NCBI RefSeq assembly: GCF_009914755.1
Contig: NC_060932.1
Length of the DNA stretch: 64,000 nt
DNA from: the human T2T-CHM13v2.0 reference genome, Homo sapiens
Strand: one strand, 5' to 3'
Below the pieces are notes generated by a model. It had not been told where the DNA came from, ran no database searches, and was given only the letters and a program-made list of their open reading frames with translations. Positions within the stretch are counted from its first letter, which is position 1. Each line of letters starts with the position of its first letter. This document shows, piece by piece, positions 46,530 to 59,027 of the stretch. The position numbers and the translations under genes were made by a program.

Positions 46530-47015
46530 TGTGGTTGGCAGCCTCCAAGATGGCCTCCAGTGATTTCTGCTGGAATTCATACCCCTGTGGAATGCTTTCT
46601 CAAATTTTACCAGGGTACAGAAGTAATTGTATGTCACTTCCAAGATTGTTGTAAAAGATGCTGTAGCTTCCGTCTTTGTCTCTCTCTCTCATTGTCTGTC
46701 TCTCTGATTACTCACTCTGGGGAAAGCCAGCTGCCATGTTGTGAGCAGCCCTATAGAAAGGCCCATGTGGCAAGAAATGAAAATGTTCAGCCATGTGAGT
46801 GAGCTGGAAGCATATTCTTCAGCCTCAGCCAAGCCTTCAGGTGACTCTGCAGCCCTGGCTGATGGCTTGACTGCAAACTCATGAGACCCTGAGCTAGAAC
46901 CACCCAGGGAAGCTGCTCCCAGATTCTTGACCCTCAGAAACAGAGTGAGATCAGAAATATTTGTTGTTTCAAGCTAATTTTGGTGGTGATTTGTTATCCA
47001 GCAATAGATAATACA
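46530..47015 (+). mobile_element. MaLR LTR (MLT1E/F-like)
   Basis: TGtggttggcagcctccaagatggcc...gaagccagctgccatgttgtgagcagccct...cagcaatagataataCA. Confidence 0.85.
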
Positions 47016-47596
47016 CCCGCTGTAATCTTGGGCAAGTTAGATAAATTAAGCCCCTGTTCCTCATCTATAAAGCAAGGACTAATATAAATAAAAAATACAT
47101 TTCTATTACTCTCCTTTATTCCAGAATGAATTTATGACTACTTTTAGGGATATATAAAATAAAAGACAGCGTAAGTTAAATGAGAAGTGAGAAGAGAGGC
47201 AGAAAAACAAGGGTGGGGACATGAAACAGAAACAGGAAATAGGTTTAAAAAACAATATATTGCACACATTCCACAACTGAGTCACAATTCTGGCTCTAAA
47301 ACTTTGAATAATTCTTTTTACCTCCTCCACCCCTTCAAACACACAGATATAGAATTATTTATTCAGTTCAGAGTCCAAGAATTTTTAAAAGAATCCAATC
47401 ACTTCTGAGACTTATAATTATCCTTAGTACTAAGATGGGTGGGAATTTCCCTTGGGAGCTGCCCTAAAGCAGACACTGTGTGGACTACTAGCTGATGCCT
47501 TCATGCTCATGGGTAACTGCACAAAATGGGATGATACATACAAAGTGTCTCATATCATGCAGGCTCATAATGGGCTCATACAAGGTGCTACTATAA

Positions 47597-47972
<376 letters not shown>

Positions 47973-48908
47973 AATACTCTTGACTTTCTATCCTCATACA
48001 TATTCAAAACAGCCCACTTCAGCCATGAACTTAATAGAAACAGTTTGGGAAAAATCCTGGATATTTTGAATATTTTTCCATATTACTTCCATCTCAATAA
48101 GAAAGTTTGACATACATGTCCATCCTCATGGCCACCCATGCACAAAGCTTTGGGCCTCTTTGATACCTTCCCCCTTTTCACCCTTTCTCATTTACCTCGC
48201 CAACAAGTCCTGATTTTTTAGCAACATATCTTCCTATCTGTTCCGTCCTTTACATCCTTGCTGCCATCGTCTAGCTCTGCATTTTAACTCTTTACACCCA
48301 TGTTTAGGCAGTCACTTCCAGTTATTGCCAATCAGCTATGATGCATATCATTGTCAGGGCAATTTTCTCTTCTTTGATCACAATTCAGTCAAGTGTCAAT
48401 CTGCATCCCAACTGCAGAATGAGGAAGTCCAACATCCTTGAAATTAAAGACCTTCAAGAATCAAGACCCAGACTCTGCCCAACTCTTAATTCCCACTCTT
48501 CACCCAACATAGCTCCTTGACTCAGATTTGCTCTCCTCTTGGCCTTTCTGCACTGTGGTTCCCACCTAGAATGCGCCATCACCCTCACCCCCTTTCTGGA
48601 TCTCAATTAAATTCACTACACCTAGCTCAGATCCCAGCTCAGAGAATTGAGAGTCCCAGAGTTGGAGGGACTCTGATGGTCACTCTCTCCAACTCTCGAC
48701 CTCACCCATGCATCATCCATTTACCTAGCCAACATTTGTTAGCTACCTCCTAAGCCAAGTTAAAAACATATATGATAGATTCAGCCTAGGAAGAGGTCAC
48801 ATCTATATAGGGAGACTGGCCTGCAAATGATGATAATGTGAGTATAAAGTTCAAGACACAAACAAAGTGCTTTGAGAGCACATTCTTTGTCATTTGTTGT
48901 CTACATTC

Positions 48909-49986
48909 TATCGGCAGAATCACCCCCAATAATTCAACATAGGTTCTTTTCTATTTCCTTAAGTGTCAGCTGGTCTGAGAAATAAAGGGAAAGAGTACAA
49001 AAGAGAGAAATTTTAAAGCTGGGTGTCCAGGGGAGACATCACGTCGGCAGGTTCCGTGATGCCCCCCAAGCCACAAAATCAGCAAGTTTTTATTAGTGAT
49101 TTTCAAAGGGGAGGGAGTATATGGATAGGGTGTGGGTCACAGCGATCGCATGCTTCACAAGGCAATAAAATATCACAAGGCGAATGGAGGCAGGGGGAGA
49201 TCACAGGACCAGGGTGAAATTAAAAATGCTAATGAAGTTTCATGTACCACTGGGCACGCGTTGTCATTGATAAATCTTATCAGGAGACAGGGTTTGAGAG
49301 CAGACAACCAGTCTGACCAAAATTTATTAGGCGGGAATTTCATCATCCTAATAGGCCTGGAAGTGCTACGGGAGACCGGGGCTTATTTCATCCCTTATCT
49401 GCAATCGTAAAGACAGACATTCCCAGAGCGGCCATTTTAGAGACCTACCCCTGAGAATGCATTCTCTTTCTCAGGGCCGTTGCTTGCTGAGAAAAACAAT
49501 TCAGCGATATTTCTCCTATTTGCTTTTGAAAGAAGAGAAATATGGCTCTGTTCCGCCCGGCTCTCAGGCAGCCAGACCTAATGGTTATCTCCCTTGTTCT
49601 CTGAACATCACTGTTATCCTGTTCTTTTTTCAAGTTGCCCAGATTTCATATTGTTTAAACACACATGTTTTACGAACAATCTGTGCAGTTAATGCAATCA
49701 TCACAGGGTCCTGAGGTGACATACATCCTCAGCTTACGATGACGGGATTAAGAGATTAAAGTAAAGACAGGCATAGGAAATCACAAGAACATTGATTAGG
49801 AAAGTGATAAATGTCCATGAAATCCTCACAATTTATGTTCAGAGATTGCAGTAAAGACAGGAGTAAGAAATTATAAAAGTATTAATTTGGGGAACTACTA
49901 AATGTCCACGAAATCTTCACAATTTATGTCCTTCTGCCACGGCTTCAGCCAGTCCCTCCGTTCGGGGTCCCTGACTTCCCACAACA
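48909..49986 (-). mobile_element. MER11 (HERVK11/HML-8) solo LTR
   Basis: The minus strand starts TGTTGTGGGAAGTCAGGGACCCCGAACGGAGGGAC; about 1.08 kb with internal direct repeats; 6-bp TSD ACATTC / ACAGTC (one mismatch). Confidence 0.92.
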
Positions 49987-49999
49987 ACAGTCTATTTGA

Positions 50000-50735
<736 letters not shown>

Positions 50736-51123
50736 CTAGTTTTTTCAAACTCTGGTGTTTTCAAAGACAAAGCTAGCTATCTTTTCATATGACTATCATT
50801 AAAGTATTTGAAGAGCATGCCATGAATATCTCTAAACTTCTCATATGTTCTGATTCTAAACTTTTTATCCTGCTGGTAGCCCTCCTCTTGCTACACTGTA
50901 GATTTTTTATGCCCTTCAAAGTTTGGTGGGGACTCAACAAGGCAGAATGGAGGGAGTCTATCACCTCCTTTGTTCCTAACTCAACCTAAAATCACATTTA
51001 GGTTTTGAAGAGGGAAGGGGGCATTCTCATTACATTGCTGCTTTTAGACAATCAAAATTTCTAGTGACTCTTTTTTCCCTCTCTCACACAACTAAGTGAT
51101 CTCTAAAATCCTGTAGCAAAAAT

Positions 51124-51408
51124 TTGTTGTTGGTTTTTTTTTTCTTTTTGTTTTGGAGTGCACTGGCACAATCACAGCTCACTGTAGCCTCGAGCCCCTG
51201 AGCTCAAGTGATCCTTCCACCTCTGCCTCCCAAGTAACGGAGACTACAGATGTGTGCCACCTTGCCTGGCTAATTTTTTAAATTTTGTTGTAGAGACAAA
51301 GTCTCAGTATGTTGCGTAGGCTGGTCTTGAACTCCTAGGCTCAAGCAATCCTCCCACCTTGGCCTCTCAAAGTGCCGGGATTACAGGCATGAGCCACCAG
51401 GTCCAGCC
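51124..51408 (-). mobile_element. AluJ
   Basis: Reverse diverged Alu. Confidence 0.87.
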
Positions 51409-51599
51409 TGTGACACAAATTTGAATGGCTCATATTGGAGCTTGTTGCTTGCTGCCTTGTACTGTTGGTTAATGTCTTTTGCATATATTTAAGCTCTCCA
51501 CCTAAATATTAAGTTTCTTGAGGATAAAAATATTTATTATTCATTTTCCTTTAATAAATATATTAATAAATACATGAGTGTTAAGGGAGAAAAATGCCA

Positions 51600-52102
51600 C
51601 AGTATACAGAATAATGCTCCCTCTCTCCCAAAAAAAGATGTCCACATCATAATCCCAGAACCTGTGAATATGCTATGTTACATGGCAAAGGAGAATTAAG
51701 GTTGCACATGGAATTAAGGTTGCTAGTTAGCTGATTTTAAAATAAAGAGATGATTCTCAATTATCATCGTGTACCCAATGTAATCATCAGGATCTTTTTA
51801 AAATGAAGACAGAGGAGGAAGTCAAAGTCAGAGAGTGGCTGAAAGGTGCTACTCTGCCAACATTGAAGATGGAGAAAGGAGTTATGAGCCAAAGAATGTG
51901 GGCAGCTTCTCAAAGCTGAGAAAGGAAAGAAAATGGATTCTCCCTTAGAGCCCCCAGAAGGAAGCACAGCCCTGCTGATGCCTTGATTTGAGCCCAGTGA
52001 GACCCATTTCAGACTTCTGACCTTCAGAACTGAAAGATAATATGTGTGTTATTTTAAGCAACTGAATTTGTGGTCATTTGTTACAGCAGCAATAGGAAAT
52101 TC
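51600..52102 (+). mobile_element. MLT1D-like MaLR LTR
   Basis: cagaataatgctccc...aaagatgtccacatc...catggcaaaggagaattaaggttgca...ttgttacagcagcaataggaaa. Confidence 0.87.
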
Positions 52103-55100
52103 ATTTTTAAGTACTAACATTTGGCGTTATTTGCCAGTTATCATTTGGCTAATTCCTAATCCTTACAACACATGTTAGATTTTTTAAAAAGTTGAAGTTA
52201 TTGGGTAAATTTTGAAGGATCAACCCAGAAAATAAGAAGCAGAGGTAGGGTTTGAACTCAAGTGTCTCTGACTCCAACTCATACTCATTCCACAAAACCA
52301 GTATGCCTTAAAGAGGGATAAAATCAAAATGCAGATATTGCACCTGAGTATTTCTCTGAATGTTCTGATTAGAATCCCAGAGCCCATCGTTTCTGGCAGA
52401 AACTAGATGTATAATTCAATATCTATTGTTCCTCTTTAATTCATTGTTTTTTTTTTCTCTCCTTAAACTTTTCTCTCTCCAGTTGATACTGCTTAAACAT
52501 AAAAGTAACATTTTGAACTGAATATTAACTTACTGCTTTTAACAAATCAAACTGTTCACTTCAAATCATATTATCAACTATAGTTATATTAGAATGTGAG
52601 TTGAATACAGTAGGTATTCACCTACAAATACAGTATCTGTTTTCTAAGGAAAATATGCTTTTATAAGGTATGATTGGTTCTCCTGATAAACTATATTCAA
52701 ACCCTGCAGCTCTCTAACAAGAGTGGCTATTCAGTGGTGATACACTTAGCTGTGCAAACTTTACTGCTGGTTATAGACACAATAAGCATGGGTGTAAATT
52801 CTCCAGTTATAAGGATGCAGTTTTCCCTCAAACCCATAATGAAAACGTAGAACTTTCTTTAGTTTTCACAAAGCTAGAATTAATTAAATCCTAATCCTGA
52901 CATAAGCCCTTTTGAAACCTAAGGAACATAATAAAAGGTGACATATTCATTTATTCATTCATGAAGTATTTTCATTCACCCGTTGAAACATGTCATTTTC
53001 TTTTCCTTCATTTAAAACAAGTCCATTTATTCATCATTGAGCTCCTATTACACGTAGTGATCACTATACTATAACATAGTGCCTTAGTGTCAAGCTCTGG
53101 AGTAGATGGCTCCACAACTTCTTACTTATGTGATCCTAGGGCAAATTACCCTCATTGAGATTCAGTTTCCTCTCCTGTGAAATGGATATAAGAAAAATGC
53201 CTGCCTCATAAGAAGTCAGTGCACTTAGAATAGAGAATGGTAGAAAGGAAGCATCTGCTACCTGTTAGTTTTCAGTATATGCCAGGCCATGGGTTTGTAT
53301 TGGTGGGTAAAAAGACATGTTCCCTGTTCTTGAAAAACTTATACTCTAAGTAGTTCAGATACGCAAAGAATTATAGCTTTTAAAAAGTATGCAAATCAGC
53401 CACTACTATTTTTGAGTTCACAGCTTGGGGACTCCTACTGAAGTCTGTAGATTGGCAGGACCTGCTTCGGGGCAGCCATGACTGGCACCTATTGTAGGAA
53501 GTGCTCTAGACACACCCCAATGTCTCAGTTCCCCGGAAGCCTGTCCTCCACCTCATACCCTCTGTGCTTTGGGGAATCCACCTACAGAATTATACTGAAT
53601 AAAAAATTAATCTTGCCAAATTGCCTGATGGCCAGATACTAACACCAACACCTACCTCCCCTTTCATCTCTCCCCTCTTGCCCATACATGTCACCTTTAG
53701 TATTTGAAGATAGCCTAACTAACAGGAATTTTTGAAGTATGTGCCAATCTCAGGTCCACAGGTATGCAATACTCTTGGTAAAGCACTTGAATTCTATCAT
53801 TACGCAACCCCAGACACCTACTTTTTGTATTCTGTGTCATGTTCAATTAGTACACAGAAACTTACTGCCTGCCAGCCAAGAGCCTTTGGTCTCTCATTTT
53901 GTAAGAGAATAAAGCTTTTCCCCCCTTGAACATTCTATTGTCTCATGAATTCTGATGAGAATGGATTCCTTTCCAAATATAAAATCAGACAAATGTGAAA
54001 GCATCTAGAACAGTCTCTGGTCCAAAGGAGATGAACCACAGTACGTGTTGTTTCTTTTGTATAGATGATTCGTCAATCTCACTGCTAACTCCAAACAACT
54101 TAATTTCAAAGAAGGAACTCCCGACACTGACATGGTAATAAAACAGGTAGCCATTCTTTAGTTACTTGGCAATTTCTTGCTGATTTCCTAGCCAAGACCT
54201 GTAGGGAAACAGGTGCTAGAGGAGTATGGTAAACCAGCCTCTTTCCCCTGTGACTGCTGATTTTGGCAAAGGCCACAGTAAATCAGTAACCATCAGGGTG
54301 AGGGCATCTCAGACCCACATGCAGGTTTATTTTAAGCTTCTTGGCTGGCACCACTGAGACTGCTGGATCATCTCCATGTTGTCAAAGCTAACCTCCAATA
54401 CCCCTAAGGGTCTTATCACCTGCCCCCAAGAACATCAGGCCAATCTGATCAAGCATTGCTCATTTTCAAATCCATCCTAGGGCAAATGGATGACTAAATG
54501 TTAAGGTTCATATTCAGGAAATGTCATTGCATTTTTGTTTATCACAGAAAGCATTTGTGTAAACAGGTGATTTTGCACATTGCTTTCTTAGTACCATACT
54601 ATTTTTGAAGCCCCTTCCTCTCTCCTTCCCTACCTTCTCGACAACGTTCCTAGGTTGTTTCAGTGCTGCTTTCCAACACTTTCCAATGTTGAAGTATCAA
54701 CAAGTGCTCTGGTGGCTAAAACAGTCTGGGGTCAACGCAGTAAACCCAAGGACCTGTTCTGGCCCTGGCCAGTTGGCCATGTGATAACAAACAGCACTTT
54801 TGAAGCAAGCCCAGTGGGTGGCTAAATGGAGCTCCATCTAGAAACAGGAACAAAGCCAGGCCAGAGGAGAATCAAGGTTGAGATACTAAAGAATCTCCTC
54901 CAGTTGTACCAGCAGTTGGTACCTCTGCAGAAGGGTAGTTTATTTATAATATACCTCTCACTGAACCATACAACTTTACAACCAGAGGACAAAACTTATA
55001 CCTGTAAATGAGATTATTTCAAAGCTATCACTTTAGGAAGGCTTTATTCTGATTTCAAAAACACCTTGGCATTCAATACTTATGTCAAAATTCTTTTGAC

Positions 55101-55308
55101 TATATTTAGTGGTGGCAAATACCAGTTTTTTTGAGAGTGGGTGTTATTTTTAGAAATATCCAGGTCATTCAGAACTAAGAAGAATAAGATGGGAATCAAT
55201 ACTATTCTGGTATAAAACCAAAGTGTTGGTTATAGTAAAACAAGTTGGAGTTTCCTGTGCAGATCTGAAAACAATTTGAAAAGGGAGTTTTAAAAGTGCT
55301 CTGAATAA

Positions 55309-56009
<701 letters not shown>

Positions 56010-57106
56010 AGGAAAAAGTTGATAAGACAACAGAGAAGTCTAGTATGTACTTCATTTCTGGGTCATAAAGCAGAAACTCTTAAAATTCCACTCACAGCTT
56101 CAGTTAAGTGGTCTCTATGTCCACAAAGTAAGGGTTAAGAGGCAGAGATCCTCCATATAAATGAATTTAAACTGATATTCTAAGGTTCAAAGATTCTCCA
56201 TTCTATTAATAACTTATTAGTACCTAACAATAGAATATAATGCACTTGGGGGCCTGGGTCTCCTACTTGCTAGGAGTTCTTAATCTAAAACACTGACCTG
56301 GACATGTCGATAATATCAAGAATAGCTAACACTTATATAACACTACATGCTATGTACTTTCTTAGCAAGCTATATATGTCAACTCTCTTAATACAGCCCT
56401 GCTATTACTTTTTACATTTTTATCTTATATGTGAGAGAATGAGGCATGCAGAGTTGCCCATGACCACACAGAAAGCTGCAGAGCTGGGAATGGAACCCAG
56501 CCAGCTTGGCTCCAGCTGCACTCTTAATCACTAGGCTACACCATCCTATGCATCTATGAAGAAGAAACCAGATACTTAAATTAAATGACAGGAAGAGTAG
56601 TGGAGAATATTTGCAATTTATGGGAAGCCCATTTGAGAAGCAAAAAGGAGAGGATGAAGGGAGGCAGATGGACCTGTAAAAACTGGGATGAAGGCCAGAC
56701 AGACTAGCCACAAAAGTTCCATGGGTAACCTGGGGATGGGCAAAAACAGTCTCCTCTAGTTTATTTAGAGAACAGAGAATACAGCAACTTGAAAGATCCA
56801 GGAGTTATAAAGGACCAGTTTGGGTATATAACGTTTTTTATTACATAAAAAGAAATTCACTCCACATCATTTTGTGAACCTGACTGGCTAGTAAGAAGTT
56901 ATGTGTAATAAATCAAAGTCAACTTATTGGTGAACACTAGGGAAGATAAGTGCAATGCTCTATCTGCCACTGCCAAGGAAGCTTTCAGAAGCCACTATCC
57001 CATAAAAGGGATGTATGGATGTAAGTCACTGAAGAGCCCTCGAAGATATCTTGTTTTACCACAGCCAATACCAATGCCACCTTAAGTCTAATCTCATCTG
57101 AGGTGG

Positions 57107-57204
57107 AAACAATCTCATGGAACAGAAATGGGACTTAGAGCAGGGAATGACTTGGATGAAAGTTTTCTGACTCCAAGTCCAGTGTTCTCTCCTTGTAACC
57201 ATTC
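57107..57204 (-). ncRNA. MIR378D2: pre-miR-378d-2 (MIR SINE-derived hairpin)
   Basis: The reverse complement of 57164-57183 is ACUGGACUUGGAGUCAGAAA (miR-378d mature). Stem arms GACTTGGA 57149-57156 and TCCAAGTC 57172-57179. The locus is recalled to lie just upstream of PDP1. Confidence 0.85.
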
Positions 57205-57768
57205 AGGGCAACGGAAACAATACTGATTTCAAAACTCCTCAGAGAACGTGAGCACACATCTACGCTACAGAGATAATTCCCTCATCACAACTCCCTCTTG
57301 CTGCTGTCTACACCTGCTTCCTCTCCCTGGGGCGATAGAAAACATGATGGGCGTTAATGCTCCTAAAATCTGCAACGTATCAAACGAACGAAGCAACAGC
57401 TACTCTCGAGGTTCTTTGCTACGCCTTGTACCGCAGGCTGGGGTGAGCCGCAGGGAGTTGAGGTTCCCGTGAGGCTGGGAGCCGCTCCCGCAGCCTACCC
57501 TGGGAAGCCCGCACCCAACCGCGAGGCGCAGGGGAGGCTTGGCCGCTGGGCCGGCCACCCACACCACCGCATCCCCGCAGAGGTGCCAGAGATTCTAGGA
57601 AGCCTGCACGGCAGGGGAGCAGCCCGTTCCTCGGGCCCCATGCACGCGAAGACATTGGAGCCGGCCGAGGCGCCTCCCCTCTCCCGACCCCGCAGCCTGC
57701 TCAGCCAACGCCGCCGAGCTCCACAGACCACCGCTCCCTAGCGCCGCGCAGCCACACCTTCCACTCGA

Positions 57769-57990
57769 TGGGGGCGGGGGGGGGGTCACGTGAGGCGGGC
57801 CCGGGGAACCAATGGGCGGCTCGCGCCGAATGGAAGGGATTGTCTGACCCCCGTGACGTCACAAAGCTGGCGGGGAGCGCGCTCCTCTTCCGCCCCCGCC
57901 CCACCCCCGGCCGCAGCCCTCTCCGCCTCCCCTCCCACTCGTCACTGCGCAGCCAATCGGCAGGCGGGAAGCACTCCGGCCCGAACGTGC
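57769..57990 (+). promoter_or_regulatory. Proximal promoter motif cluster: GC boxes, E-box, two CCAAT boxes, full CRE
   Basis: GTCACGTGAG 57785-57794; CCAAT 57809-57813 and 57953-57957; TGACGTCA 57854-57861 within the palindrome GTGACGTCAC; GC boxes near 57770 and 57890; ACGTG 57985-57989. Confidence 0.75.
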
Positions 57991-58029
57991 GGGCGGGGCA
58001 GGGTGGCGGCCCCGCACGGTAGGGGAGCA

Positions 58030-58300
58030 GAGTGGGCAGGCCGGGGGTGAGGGCTCGCGCTCCGGGAGCTGCACGGGGCTGCGTGGAAAGAGCGCCGAGC
58101 GGTGGCGTCGTTGTCGCCCCCTCCTCGTCGGGAAGAATCGTTTGGTCTCCTGCCGTGCCCGGTTCGTATTCCCTACTCCCTGCCACGAGCCGCCCCGTCC
58201 GGGATCCTCCACCCGTCCAAAGTTGTGAGGGGGCGCCGGGCGTGCTCGCGGATCGGCGGCCGCGGGCGTGCGGAGGGCTGGACGAGCCCTGGAGCGCCAG
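58030..58300 (+). other. PDP1: PDP1 non-coding first exon (5' boundary approximate)
   Basis: GC-rich, ATG-free segment downstream of CCAAT/GC boxes, ending at a CAG|GTGCGC donor (58300/58301) followed by intronic G-runs. The TSS cannot be fixed from sequence alone. Confidence 0.65.
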
Positions 58301-58996
58301 GTGCGCGCCGGGCGTCCGGGCTGTGGGGCGGGCGTGGCGGCGCTGGGGGCCGTCGGGGGGCTGGGGGCGGGGGCGGGGGCGCCGTGCAGCCCTAGCGTCT
58401 TCCGGCCCCTGCGCTCCAGCTGTCAGCACGAAGGGCGCCGCGGGGCCGGCGGCAGAGTGAGCTCCAGGGAGGCTGTAGGGCTGCGGCACTGCCTGAGGGT
58501 CTCCCTGACGCACCCCGGGTCAGGGCTGGCCCCGCTGGCAGCCTGACACCGGCCGGCCCCTGTTCGTCTGGACTGAAACGGGCACCCCTGGGGCGGGGCC
58601 GGGCCGGGCAGGGCGGGGCGGGCAGCGGGCGGGGCTGCAGTCCATGGGCTTCGCGCCCCGGCTGGATGGAGGGGCTGGCCCTCGGGGCGCACCCCTGCTC
58701 GCGCCTGGGCCCCGCTGCCTTGGGCTGTGGCTTTGCCTCCCCGGCGGGGTGGGTTGGTTTGGTTGGCTTCCTTGTTCTCTCCACCCCTTTATCCCTCCTC
58801 CATCCTCTTCCCCCCCACCTCCCAGCCCATTCACCGGGCTGGAGCGAGACCTCGCCCCTCCTCCGCTCCCGCCTCCCCGCCGCCGCCTCCTCTAATGAGC
58901 ATCTCTGCCTTGCTTTCAATGGGCCGGTGCTGCTGTCGCTGCTGCTGCCCGCGCGGGTTGTGGATGTTGTCGGCTCCGTGTTGTGATGACAGGAGA

Positions 58997-59027
58997 ATGT
59001 GTGTGTGTCCCGGGCCCAGACGAATTG
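58997..59027 (+). CDS. PDP1: Alternative upstream coding exon segment of PDP1 (MCVCPGPRRI-G), giving a 25-aa N-terminal extension
   Basis: agaATG at 58997 and donor TTG|GTAGGT at 59027/59028. The 31 nt plus the 44 nt of the main exon make 25 codons in frame with ATG 63142, matching the recalled longer PDP1 isoform. Confidence 0.8.

Noticed and set aside
49760-49930. Spaced direct repeats resembling a CRISPR-like array
   Set aside because: Native internal repeats of the MER11 LTR in a mammalian genome; no cas genes or unique spacers.
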